DNA of 64,000 bases from the NCBI GenBank assembly GCA_043808285.1, contig JAZDFA010000003.1, positions 12,085 through 76,084 on the forward strand, read 5' to 3'. The translations under genes and the position numbers were made by a program. Positions 1 to 8,171 of the stretch are shown here, piece after piece (the stretch's first letter is position 1; every line of letters begins with the position of its first letter). Source of the stretch: an archaeon (GTDB lineage Archaea; Nanobdellota; Nanobdellia; Pacearchaeales; DTIR01). The notes below the pieces were generated by a model. The model was not told the DNA's origin, ran no database searches, and saw only the letters and a list, made by a program, of their open reading frames with translations.

Positions 1-1
1 A

Positions 2-826
2 GATTCTGAAGCAGTTGGGTACGACCCAAAAAGGCTAAGATATAGGCCATTTCAGGAGATCTCCCAGAGGATAAAAAGAAAGTATGACATAGAAAAACTC
101 CAAAATGAATTGCCTGTAGAAGTAAACATCTTCGATATTGTCTATTATGAAGGCAAAAACCTGATAAAAATGCCTTTTAAAAAAAGAAGTGAACTTCTTG
201 AAAGGATAGTGAAAAGTGAGAAATGGAAAATAAAACTAGCTGAAAAAATTATAACTGATAACGAGAAAGAAGCACAAAAATTCTATGAGATGGCTATGAG
301 TGAAGGTGAAGAAGGGATAATGGCCAAGAATCTCCAAGCACCCTACAAACCAGGTGCAAGGGTGGGATACATGCTCAAAATAAAACCAGACGTCAATGCA
401 TTTGATTTGGTAATTGTTGGAGCAGAATATGGTACTGGCAAGAGAAGTGGCTGGCTTTCAAGTTTTATACTTGCTTGCAAAGATGAAAATAATTTTTTAG
501 AGATTGGTAAGGTTGGAACGGGGATAAAAGAAAAAGCAGATGAAGGATTAAGTTTTATTGAACTGACAAATATGCTCAAGCCATTAATCACCGAAGAGCA
601 TGCAAGAACAGTGAAAGTAAAACCAGAGATTGTTGTAGAAGTAACATATCAGGAAATACAAAAATCTCCTTCCTACTCTAGCGGTTATGCATTAAGGTTC
701 CCGAGAGTTACTAAACTAAGACCCGATAGAAGTGTTGGGGATATTGCCTCACTAAAAGAGATTGAGATAGAACACGAAACTCGGGGTGGCAAGAAAAAAG
801 AGACTAAGCCGACAAAATCCATTTAA
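2..826 (+). CDS. lig: ATP-dependent DNA ligase, C-terminal part (5-prime end lies upstream of the window)
   Basis: The frame is open from base 2 (DSEAVGYDPKRLRYRPFQE...), so the TTG at 110 in the ORF track is internal. Ligase adenylation/OB-domain motifs: EGIMAKNLQAPYKPGARVGYMLKIKP, DLVIVGAEYGTGKRSGWLSSFILA, ALRFPRVTKLRPDR. Confidence 0.9.
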   Translation, partial: DSEAVGYDPKRLRYRPFQEISQRIKRKYDIEKLQNELPVEVNIFDIVYYEGKNLIKMPFKKRSELLERIVKSEKWKIKLAEKIITDNEKEAQKFYEMAMSEGEEGIMAKNLQAPYKPGARVGYMLKIKPDVNAFDLVIVGAEYGTGKRSGWLSSFILACKDENNFLEIGKVGTGIKEKADEGLSFIELTNMLKPLITEEHARTVKVKPEIVVEVTYQEIQKSPSYSSGYALRFPRVTKLRPDRSVGDIASLKEIEIEHETRGGKKKETKPTKSI

Positions 827-827
827 A

Positions 828-837
828 AAGCTTTAAA
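828..837 (+). promoter_or_regulatory. Candidate TATA-like box upstream of tbp
   Basis: gctttaaaaa lies about 30 nt upstream of ATG 868. A/T-rich box at archaeal promoter spacing. Confidence 0.3.
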
Positions 838-867
838 AACCTCCTAAATCTCTATTTTTAAAGAAAA

Positions 868-1290
868 ATGGCTGAAAAATCAAAACTTACTGTTCAAAAT
901 ATTGTTGCAACTACTTCTCTTGGCAAACCAGTTCCATTAACAAAGCTTGCAAGAACAAACAGCAATACAGAATATAATCCTGAGCAATTTCCTGGATTGG
1001 TATTAAGAATACCAAAACCAAAATCTGCTGTTCTTGTTTTTAGTTCTGGGAATCTCGTATGCACTGGGACTAAATCAGTAGCACAAGTAAAACAGGTTAT
1101 ATCTGCTGTAATAAAACAGCTTAGGAAAATAGGAGTTAATGTAACTGGTATACCGAAAATTAATGTACAAAATATAGTTGCTTCTGGAACTATCAACATA
1201 AACCTAAATCTTAATCTACTCGCATTACAATTAGAAAATACAGAATATGAACCTGAACAATTTCCAGGACTTGTGTATAAGATGATGTAA
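868..1290 (+). CDS. tbp: TATA-box binding protein, reading stopped by an in-frame TAA at 1288-1290 (first 140 codons)
   Basis: Two TBP repeats are recognisable: [10 protein letters not shown]...[35 protein letters not shown] and [10 protein letters not shown]...[15 protein letters not shown]. See the feature at 1291-1416. Confidence 0.85.
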   Translation: [140 protein letters not shown]

Positions 1291-1416
1291 CCCAATTCAA
1301 CATTCCTTCTTTTTAGCAATGGCAAGCTTGTATGCACCGGAACAAAAAATAGAAAACAACTTGATGAAGCAATGAAACAGCTTCTTAAAAGGACTAAAGA
1401 AGTCACAAGCAAGTAA
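1291..1416 (+). pseudogene. tbp: Remainder of tbp in the same frame after the TAA ([41 protein letters not shown])
   Basis: Hand translation of 1291-1416 in the frame of 868 completes the second TBP repeat (SGKLVCTG core). It has no start codon of its own. Confidence 0.7.
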
Positions 1417-1461
1417 TAAAATTATTTCTTAATTTTTTACTCTAAATTGATTAATCAAAAA

Positions 1462-1518
1462 ATCATCATAAAAACCTGTGTTTTACCACGCTCTAGTCGT
1501 GGGTTTTTAGGATCCTAA
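1462..1518 (+). repeat. Intergenic hairpin repeat, module H1 (ATCATAAAAACC - hairpin - GGTTTTTAGGATCC)
   Basis: atcatcataaaaacctgtgttttaccacgctctagtcgtgggtttttaggatcctaa. The same frame sequence is seen at 20061-20098, 31319-31438 (minus) and 38719-38780 (minus). Inner stem is ccacg/cgtgg, outer stem aaaaacc/ggttttt. Confidence 0.7.
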
Positions 1519-1585
1519 CAGGGGGAATCTTTTTATCCCCAATGCCCCGAAAAGTTTTGCTTTTCGCGGAAACAAAACTATAGAG

Positions 1586-1618
1586 ACTACAACATTCAGG
1601 TTGTAGTTTTGTTTTTTT
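1586..1618 (+). terminator. Hairpin followed by a T-tract, candidate terminator downstream of tbp
   Basis: actacaac-attcag-gttgtagt followed by tttgttttttt. Oligo-T tracts are archaeal termination signals. Confidence 0.35.
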
Positions 1619-1684
1619 GATAACAGAAATATTTATATTGCTTCTGCTCTGACTAAAATTAGATGTTGAAATTGGAGGGAGAAG

Positions 1685-3691
1685 ATGAAATCAGAAGATC
1701 TTTTGACTGAAGCGAAGCAATTCTTTGAGTATTACAAGAAAGATATAGGCAAATCTATAAAAAAGGGCACAAAATCCATACAGATCTCATTTCAAGAAAT
1801 AGCCTCTTTCTCACATGAACTTGCAGAACACATATTAAAATCTCCAGAAGACCTAATACAGATACTAGAACTTGCGATAGAAGAGATGGGTGTTGCATCT
1901 AATGCGAGAGTTAGGCTTATTAATTTGCCTTCTTCACAGCAAGTGATGATAAGAAACATAAGAGCCAAGCATCTTAATCAGCTAATATGCATTGATGGAA
2001 TAATAAGGCAAACAAGCGATGTAAGACCTCAGGTGATAAATGCAAGATTTGAATGTCCATCATGCGGCACAATAATATCAGTATTGCAGATTGATAAAAA
2101 ATTTACTGAACCTAGCAGGTGTTCATGCGGCAGAAGAGGAAGTTTTAGGCAAGTAAGCAAAGATATGGTTGATGCGCAAAGAATAGTGGTTGAAGAATCT
2201 CCTGAGACGCTTGTTGGAGGAGAACAACCAAGAAGAATGGCTATATTCCTAAAAGAAGACCTTGTAGACCCTAAAATGGAGGAAAGGACAACTCCAGGAA
2301 GCAGAGTTATTGTGAATGGAATATTAAAAGAAGTGCCTGTCCCATTGCAAACTGGGGCAATTTCAACAAAATTTGATTTAGCAATAGAAGCAAATAGCAT
2401 AATACCTACTGAAGACTCATTTTATGACCTTGAAATAAGCGAAGAAGAAGAAAAGGAAATAAAAGAGATTGCAGCAGACCCAAGAGTATTAGAAAAACTT
2501 ACAGCAGCAATAGCCCCTAGTGTATATGGTTATGAGGAAGTCAAACAAGCACTACTATTTCAGATGTTGGGCGGAGTAAGAAAGAAAAAAAGCGATGGAA
2601 CTGCTTCTAGAGGAGACATGCATGTTTTATTAGTAGGAGATCCAGGGGTTGCAAAATCTGTAATGCTAAAATTCATATCTTCCATTGCACCTAAAGGAAG
2701 ATATGTTGCAGGAAGATCTACAACAGGAGCAGGTCTTACTGCAACAGTTGTTAGGGATGAGTTCATAAAAGGATGGGCTTTAGAAGCCGGAGCTATGGTT
2801 CTGAGTAATCACGGAGTAATATGCATTGATGAACTAGAAAAAATGTCCCCAGAAGACAGAAGCTCTATGCATGAAGCAATGGAACAACAAACAGTAACTA
2901 TAAGCAAAGCAAATATTCAAGCAACATTAAGAGCTGAAACATCTGTTCTTGGAGCTGCCAATCCTAAATTGGGTAGATTTGACCCCTATCAGCCAATTGC
3001 GACGCAGATAGAATTGCCCCCCACATTAATCAACAGATTTGATGTAATATTTATAATGAGAGACATACCTGAAAGGGCAAAAGACGAAGCAATTGCATCC
3101 CATATATTAACAGAACACCAGCAAGAAGCATCAAAACAATATATAGACCCCGCATTATTCAGAAAATATATAGCCTATGCAAAGCAGCAGATCAAACCAG
3201 AATTAACTGAAAAAGCAGTAAAAGAAATAAAAAAATTCTATGTAGAATTAAGGAATGCCCCAAGAGCATCTGACCAAGTAGTCTCTCCCGTTCCAATAAC
3301 TGCAAGACAACTTGATGCATTAGTAAGATTAAGTGAAGCAAGCGCAAAAACAAGGCTAAGCACGAAAGTAATGGAAGAAGATGCAAAAAAAGCAATAGAC
3401 ATAATAAAGTATTACTTAATGCAAGTAGGATTTGATTATGAAACCCAACAAATAGATATAGACAAAATAACTACTGGAGTAACTGCCTCAAAAAGGAGCA
3501 GAATAATTATAGTAAGAGAGGCTTTAACAAGGCTTGAATCAAGACTTGGGAAATTAATCCCAATAGAAGAATTAAAAAAGGAGCTTGAAGACAAAATTGA
3601 TGTTGATGCTATTGATGATGCTCTTGGTGAGCTCAATAGAGTGGGGGATGTATTTATCCCAAAAAGAGGATTTGTGCAAAAAACAAGTTGA
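1685..3691 (+). CDS. mcm: MCM replicative helicase
   Basis: Zn finger CPSCG...CSCG, Walker A GDPGVAKS, Walker B ICIDELEKM, arginine-finger region LINRFDVIF, C-terminal winged-helix tail. 668 aa. Confidence 0.95.
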   Translation: MKSEDLLTEAKQFFEYYKKDIGKSIKKGTKSIQISFQEIASFSHELAEHILKSPEDLIQILELAIEEMGVASNARVRLINLPSSQQVMIRNIRAKHLNQLICIDGIIRQTSDVRPQVINARFECPSCGTIISVLQIDKKFTEPSRCSCGRRGSFRQVSKDMVDAQRIVVEESPETLVGGEQPRRMAIFLKEDLVDPKMEERTTPGSRVIVNGILKEVPVPLQTGAISTKFDLAIEANSIIPTEDSFYDLEISEEEEKEIKEIAADPRVLEKLTAAIAPSVYGYEEVKQALLFQMLGGVRKKKSDGTASRGDMHVLLVGDPGVAKSVMLKFISSIAPKGRYVAGRSTTGAGLTATVVRDEFIKGWALEAGAMVLSNHGVICIDELEKMSPEDRSSMHEAMEQQTVTISKANIQATLRAETSVLGAANPKLGRFDPYQPIATQIELPPTLINRFDVIFIMRDIPERAKDEAIASHILTEHQQEASKQYIDPALFRKYIAYAKQQIKPELTEKAVKEIKKFYVELRNAPRASDQVVSPVPITARQLDALVRLSEASAKTRLSTKVMEEDAKKAIDIIKYYLMQVGFDYETQQIDIDKITTGVTASKRSRIIIVREALTRLESRLGKLIPIEELKKELEDKIDVDAIDDALGELNRVGDVFIPKRGFVQKTS

Positions 3692-3693
3692 AA

Positions 3694-4464
3694 ATGGAAG
3701 CTTCAGAAATAATACAGCAAAAGAAAAGGCCTACTGCCTTCAAATTCAAGGTTTCAGACTTGAATAGAGCAGAAGCAATAGCTAATGGGAATAACACTAT
3801 AATGGAAATCGACGCAAAAGAAATACAAAAAATCAACCTAGTAGCAAATGTGATAGATAAGTATGTAAGTGAAGGGGAGAAAAAATACGCTGCATTAACT
3901 CTGGATGATTCTTCCTCCCAAATAAGAGCAAAATCTTTTGGAGAGGACATTTCAAAGATGCAGATTATAGAAATTGGAGATACTGTTACAATTATAGGGT
4001 CATTAAGATTCTTCAATAATGAAATATATATAATTCCAGACATAATAAAAAGGGTCGAACCAGAAATGCTTCTTTTAAGGAAACTGGAGATCGAAAGACA
4101 ACAAAACAGTACAGCAACAAAGAACATACAACAAACAACCACCAGTCAAATGCAAACTGGATCAAGATTATCTTCACAGCTAAGAAATTTAAAACCCAGC
4201 AAAGAAGAAGAGGGAATGATAAAGAATATTGTTTTTAACAACAAGATAGAATTAAAACAAGAAAAAATAATGGATATCAAAAAAAATTCTACTGGAAGAG
4301 ACAAAATAATAGCTATCTTAAAGAAAAATGATGAAGGCATAGACAAAGAAAAGCTCATAATGTCAATGGATATTCCTGTGGGGGAAATAGATAGCGCAAT
4401 AGAAGAAATGCTGGAAAATGCAGAGATATATGAGCCCAAACCTGGAAGAATAAGAATTCTTTAA
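3694..4464 (+). CDS. OB-fold ssDNA-binding protein, RPA2/RPA32-like, with a C-terminal winged-helix-like tail
   Basis: OB pattern INLVANVIDKYVSEGEKKYAALTLDDSSSQIRAKSFGED...GDTVTIIGSLRFF. C-terminal DKIIAILKKNDEGIDKEKLI...IYEPKPGRIRIL. ATG 3694 is 2 nt after the mcm stop; the ORF track uses TTG 3688, which overlaps that stop. Confidence 0.55.
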   Translation: MEASEIIQQKKRPTAFKFKVSDLNRAEAIANGNNTIMEIDAKEIQKINLVANVIDKYVSEGEKKYAALTLDDSSSQIRAKSFGEDISKMQIIEIGDTVTIIGSLRFFNNEIYIIPDIIKRVEPEMLLLRKLEIERQQNSTATKNIQQTTTSQMQTGSRLSSQLRNLKPSKEEEGMIKNIVFNNKIELKQEKIMDIKKNSTGRDKIIAILKKNDEGIDKEKLIMSMDIPVGEIDSAIEEMLENAEIYEPKPGRIRIL

Positions 4465-4913
4465 CTAAACAAAGCAGTTTGATGAGTTTCTTGGTCAGAC
4501 TTTTGTTTTAATGCTCTATACAATTTTAGTTTTTCATAAACAAAATTTATTTGAGTTCTCATACCCTTAAGCCTGAAAAATTCTTCATAATCCATCTTTT
4601 CATTATTATTGTATATCCTAAGCCTCTCTTTGAGTATTTCTGAATTCAAAGGAAATTTTACTGTCTCTCTTATCTCCTCAAAATACAATTCACAAATTCT
4701 TTTTTCAAAATCAAAAAATTTGTAAAAATTTTTACATTCTTCAAAACCTTCAATGCTTCCACCGTAAAAGCAGTAGTTCCCAATTGTTTTTTGTTTCCCA
4801 AGAAGCCGTTCACAATCAACTAAACCATTTTCTATCAAGCTGTTCTTAAATACTGCATCATTCCCAAAAATCTCATCAATTTCATGTGTCATTTTTATAT
4901 TTGGGAGAGTCAT
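4461..4913 (-). CDS. Hypothetical protein (150 aa)
   Basis: Long ORF filling the gap between convergent and divergent neighbours. No motif recognised. Confidence 0.5.
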   Translation of the reverse strand: MTLPNIKMTHEIDEIFGNDAVFKNSLIENGLVDCERLLGKQKTIGNYCFYGGSIEGFEECKNFYKFFDFEKRICELYFEEIRETVKFPLNSEILKERLRIYNNNEKMDYEEFFRLKGMRTQINFVYEKLKLYRALKQKSDQETHQTALFS

Positions 4914-4974
4914 ATTCTTTCCTTATTTATTAGAACATACAAAACTTTAAATATTCTCTTGGAGGGGGTAGTTA

Positions 4975-5385
4975 ATGGAATATGAAAATCTTCTTGACAA
5001 GTTGTACAGCGAGGTAAAGCCCATAAAATCCTCTTCTGAGAGGTTTGAAGTACCTAAGGTCCAAGGTCATGTTGAAGGCAACAAAACAATCATGAAAAAC
5101 ATAAATCAGATATGTGATATAATAAGAAGAGACAAGAATCATTTTTTGAAATTTCTTTCAAGAGAACTTGCATCTTTAGCAGTTACAGAAGAAGACAGAG
5201 TAATATTCAACAGAAAATTAGCAGCACAAATGGTTAACGAAAAGATAGAAAAGTATGTCAATGAATTCGTAATATGCCCTGAATGCAAAAAACCAGATAC
5301 AGAACTTATAAAACAAGGAGAGTTTATGTTCTTGCATTGCCTTGCATGTGGAGCAAAGCATTCTGTAAGAGCTAAAATAATCTAA
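4975..5385 (+). CDS. eif2b: Translation initiation factor aIF2 beta subunit
   Basis: C-terminal zinc ribbon ICPECKKPDTELIKQGEFMFLHCLACGAKHSV and typical length (136 aa). GGAGGGGG lies upstream of the ATG. Confidence 0.9.
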   Translation: MEYENLLDKLYSEVKPIKSSSERFEVPKVQGHVEGNKTIMKNINQICDIIRRDKNHFLKFLSRELASLAVTEEDRVIFNRKLAAQMVNEKIEKYVNEFVICPECKKPDTELIKQGEFMFLHCLACGAKHSVRAKII

Positions 5386-5395
5386 GGAGAATAAA

Positions 5396-5692
5396 ATGCT
5401 TGTAAAAATTCATGAATCATACAGAAAAATAATTGCTGTCTGTGATTCTGAGCTTCTTGGGAAAAAAATTGAAGAGGGAAATATGCAACTAGATATGCAA
5501 GAATCATTTTATGGCGGTGATGAAAAAGATGAAAAAGAGATTATAGAACTTCTTTCAGACTTATATAGGGATGATGCAACATTTAATCTTGTAGGAGAAC
5601 AAACAATAAATACTGCTATTAAATCTGGAATAATCGATGAAATAGGGGTAATGAAAATACAAGGCGTACCTTATGCACTGGGATTAATATAA
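5396..5692 (+). CDS. DUF424-family protein (commonly follows aIF2-beta in archaea)
   Basis: MLVKIHESYRKIIAVCDSELLGKKIEEG... matches the DUF424 N-terminal pattern. Also has the conserved position after aIF2-beta. Confidence 0.65.
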   Translation: MLVKIHESYRKIIAVCDSELLGKKIEEGNMQLDMQESFYGGDEKDEKEIIELLSDLYRDDATFNLVGEQTINTAIKSGIIDEIGVMKIQGVPYALGLI

Positions 5693-5731
5693 AAAACTCA
5701 TAGATTAAAATAACTGCCAAATTATGAAAAA

Positions 5732-6982
5732 ATGAGAATAAAAAATAGCATAATAATTGTTTTTATTGCAATATTCATAATTTTTACAAGTGTTTTCGCA
5801 TCTGCATTCTCATTTAAAGATTTTTTTACCGGGAAAACAGTTTCTGATACAACAACTTCTGATGACCACGAGGCGGCAGCAAGTGTATGCAATACCCACC
5901 ATCAATACAAATGTTACAATAATCATGTTTATTGGCAGGATTCATGCGGTCAAATTGAAGAAAAAAAAGAGTATTGTGCATATGGCTGTGAAGACAGTTC
6001 ATGTATAAATGTAAATGCAAAACAGACATCTTATCCTGCCCCCTTTGTAAGCGGAGGTGCTGCAAATGTAGCAATAATAATTGGCTCAAAAGCAACAGCA
6101 GCAGATACTCTGGCAGGAACAGATATTTCAACATCATTGCAATCAGAATGCACAAAACAAAAAAGCGGATGTAAACTTGGAGGTGTTGCAGCAATGGATT
6201 CTGAGATATCAAGTGTAAAAGACAAAAACCTAATAGTGATAGGAAGACCTTGTGAAAATGAGATAACTTCCAAAATTCTTGGGATAGATGCTTCTTTATG
6301 CAATGAAGACAAAAGTAATTTCGCATCATTGACATGTTTAGCAGAAGGACAGTTTCTTATAAAATCAGTTCCATCTCCTTACAATTCTGATAAAATAGCA
6401 TTAATAATAATGGGATACTCTGCTGCAGACACTAAATCTGCGGCTTCATACATACTTGCAAAAAAACCAGATACCACAATCGGCACATCAATGATAAAAA
6501 ATGCAAATTATGAAAGTGTTAAAACTGATTATTCCTGCAAGGAAGAGATAAAAACATGCTCCAATCTTGGCGGTTCAAAATGCGAAGAAAATTATGAATG
6601 CAATGGTGAAATAAAAAAATCAGGAGATACTACAAAATGCTGTGTGGGAGAATGCAGGATAAAAACAAAAGAAACAGAATGTAATGGAGATGACTGCAAA
6701 GAAGATGATAAAAATAACAGCACTACTTCACTAATCACCACTCAAGAATGCAATAGTGGGTGCATATACAAGGAAAAATGCATTCCTTTTGGGATGAGGG
6801 CAGAAGGCAAATACTGCAGCATCTTAGGAGTGCTTGAAAAACAAAAGCAAAAAGAAGAAATCTGCGAGAATAATTATGAATGTAAGAGCAATGTATGCTT
6901 GAATGGAAAATGCCTAAGCCAAGGCTTTGTGCAAAAAATTCTTGAATGGTTAAAGCAATTGTTTGGTATCAAAGAAACCTGA
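5732..6982 (+). CDS. Secreted or membrane-anchored Cys-rich protein (416 aa)
   Basis: N-terminal hydrophobic helix IIIVFIAIFIIFTSVFASAF. Many Cys in repeated C-x-C modules (ICENNYECKSNVCLNGKC, CSNLGGSKCEENYECNGE). Confidence 0.6.
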   Translation: MRIKNSIIIVFIAIFIIFTSVFASAFSFKDFFTGKTVSDTTTSDDHEAAASVCNTHHQYKCYNNHVYWQDSCGQIEEKKEYCAYGCEDSSCINVNAKQTSYPAPFVSGGAANVAIIIGSKATAADTLAGTDISTSLQSECTKQKSGCKLGGVAAMDSEISSVKDKNLIVIGRPCENEITSKILGIDASLCNEDKSNFASLTCLAEGQFLIKSVPSPYNSDKIALIIMGYSAADTKSAASYILAKKPDTTIGTSMIKNANYESVKTDYSCKEEIKTCSNLGGSKCEENYECNGEIKKSGDTTKCCVGECRIKTKETECNGDDCKEDDKNNSTTSLITTQECNSGCIYKEKCIPFGMRAEGKYCSILGVLEKQKQKEEICENNYECKSNVCLNGKCLSQGFVQKILEWLKQLFGIKET

Positions 6983-6992
6983 TTACTATCTT

Positions 6993-7099
6993 AGGTTTTT
7001 TGGATGCAAGGAAATCTTAATAGATTTCCTGCACAGAAAAATCAGTTAAGATTTTCTTGTGATCAAGAACACACGATTTTTGTCAAGTGTTCTTGACAT
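6993..7099 (+). repeat. Intergenic modular hairpin repeat (H1 remnant + H2 + H3 + H4), reference copy
   Basis: aggttttttggat gcaaggaaatcttaatagatttcct gcacagaaaaatcagttaagattttcttgtga tcaagaacacacgatttttgtcaagtgttcttgacat. Modules recur at 20087-20153, 43871-43954, 38680-38718 (minus) and 48640-48662. Confidence 0.8.
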
Positions 7100-7130
7100 A
7101 AAAGAGTAATTTCTCATCGAATATGTAAGG

Positions 7131-7138
7131 TTTATAAA
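7131..7138 (+). promoter_or_regulatory. TATA box (tttataaa) for aIF1A, spacing implies a leaderless or near-leaderless mRNA
   Basis: tttataaa is centred about 26 nt upstream of ATG 7160. The same octamer sits at about -28 of the tRNA genes in this window. Confidence 0.45.
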
Positions 7139-7159
7139 CGTATTTTATCTATTTTCACA

Positions 7160-7522
7160 ATGCAAGAAAATAATGAATTTGAAGAATCTGTGTCTGAGGA
7201 CGCAGCCCAACAAACTAGCCAGCAGGGCGTACCATTCATAAGAGTAAGACTCCCAAGAGGAAAAGAGGTTTTAGGGGTACTTGAATCTAGATTGGGGGCA
7301 AGCAGAATGATGATAAGATGCCTTGATGGAAAAAGGAGAGTATGCAGGATACCTGGAAGATACAAAAGAATGCTATGGCTTAGAGAAGGAGATGTAGTGC
7401 TAATAGAACCTTGGGATTTTGGAGGGGAAGGGAAAGGAGATGTAATCTACAAATACAGCTTATCAGCAGTAGAATGGCTAAAGAAAAAGGGGTATCTTAA
7501 AACAACAGAAGAGGAATTCTAA
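7160..7522 (+). CDS. eif1a: Translation initiation factor aIF1A
   Basis: S1-like OB core VRLPRGKEVLGVLESRLGASRMMIRCLDGKRRVCRIPGRYKRMLWLREGDVVLIEPWD. Confidence 0.9.
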   Translation: MQENNEFEESVSEDAAQQTSQQGVPFIRVRLPRGKEVLGVLESRLGASRMMIRCLDGKRRVCRIPGRYKRMLWLREGDVVLIEPWDFGGEGKGDVIYKYSLSAVEWLKKKGYLKTTEEEF

Positions 7523-8047
7523 ATGGGTGCTTTGCTTGTTTCATCCAAGGGAATAGAAAGAATAAAAAAAGAAACAAAAAAACTTGAAAAAATTCTAAAA
7601 GTAAAAATTTCAATAGAGGGAAATTATGTTTCTGTTGAAGGTGAAGCGATAGATGAATATCATGCTGAAGAGGTTATGAAGGCCATGTCTGCAGGGTTTG
7701 ATTCAAAAACTTCTTTATTTCTTCTAAATGAGGATATAATGATGGAGGAAATAAACATAAGAAGTTATACAAAGCATAATAGATTAAAACAGGTAAAGGC
7801 AAGGGTGATAGGCGCGGGGGGAAGAGCATTAAAAACAATTTCATCCTTGAGCGAGTGCTATTTGAAACTTCTAGACAATACAATATTTGCGATAGGCCGC
7901 ACAGAAGATGTAAAAAATTTAAGAAATGCAATGATTGCCCTCATAAAAGGAAGCAATCATTCTAATGTTTATTCAAGACTGGAACACAGACCAGATTTCA
8001 ATGAAGAAGAATTGACAATTATTCCAGAGAAAAAGAATAAAAAATAA
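7523..8047 (+). CDS. KH-domain RNA-binding protein (Dim2/Pno1-like)
   Basis: KH-type GxxG segment KARVIGAGGRALKTISSL. Located directly after aIF1A, as in many archaea. The ATG abuts the aIF1A stop. Confidence 0.65.
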   Translation: MGALLVSSKGIERIKKETKKLEKILKVKISIEGNYVSVEGEAIDEYHAEEVMKAMSAGFDSKTSLFLLNEDIMMEEINIRSYTKHNRLKQVKARVIGAGGRALKTISSLSECYLKLLDNTIFAIGRTEDVKNLRNAMIALIKGSNHSNVYSRLEHRPDFNEEELTIIPEKKNKK

Positions 8048-8062
8048 TTTTAGTGGAAAAGC

Positions 8063-8070
8063 TTTATAAA
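8063..8070 (+). promoter_or_regulatory. TATA box for tRNA-Asn
   Basis: tttataaa ends 24 nt upstream of the tRNA 5-prime end (8095). Confidence 0.5.
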
Positions 8071-8094
8071 TTGCCTTTTGCTGGTGAAAAACAT

Positions 8095-8167
8095 GCCTTT
8101 GTAGCTCAGCAGGTAGAGCAACTGACTGTTAATCAGTGGGTCGCTGGTTCGAGTCCAGCCAAAGGCG
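8095..8167 (+). tRNA. tRNA-Asn(GUU): tRNA-Asn (anticodon GTT)
   Basis: Hand-folded cloverleaf: gcctttg ta gctc agcaggta gagc a actga ctGTTaa tcagt gggtc gctgg ttcgagt ccagc caaaggc g. No encoded CCA. Confidence 0.9.
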
Positions 8168-8171
8168 TTTT

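Noticed and set aside
894-1412. 172-aa minus-strand ORF antisense to tbp
   Set aside because: It lies entirely antisense to a clearly conserved gene. It has a hydrophobic, low-complexity composition typical of shadow ORFs in AT-rich DNA, and no motif.
868-1416. Genome-wide reassignment of TAA, or another variant genetic code, as the explanation for the in-frame stop in tbp
   Set aside because: TAA, TAG and TGA all terminate neighbouring genes at family-typical lengths (for example lig, aIF2-beta and aIF1A end at TAA, the M23 peptidase at TAG, mcm at TGA). The aRF1 at 44030-45127 retains canonical NIKS, YxCxxxF and GGQ motifs. No other gene in the window needs a stop read through.
3654-4439. 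Minus-strand ORFs 3654-4142 and 4146-4439
   Set aside because: They are antisense shadows of the RPA2-like gene. Their Ser/Ile/Phe-rich composition is what AT-rich antisense frames produce.
7077-7099. TTGACA motifs inside repeat module H4 as bacterial -35 promoter boxes
   Set aside because: The gene content is archaeal, and promoters here appear to be TATA-box based: tttataaa sits at about -28 of all five tRNA transcription units and of aIF1A. The TTGACA is simply part of the gtcaag/cttgac palindrome.
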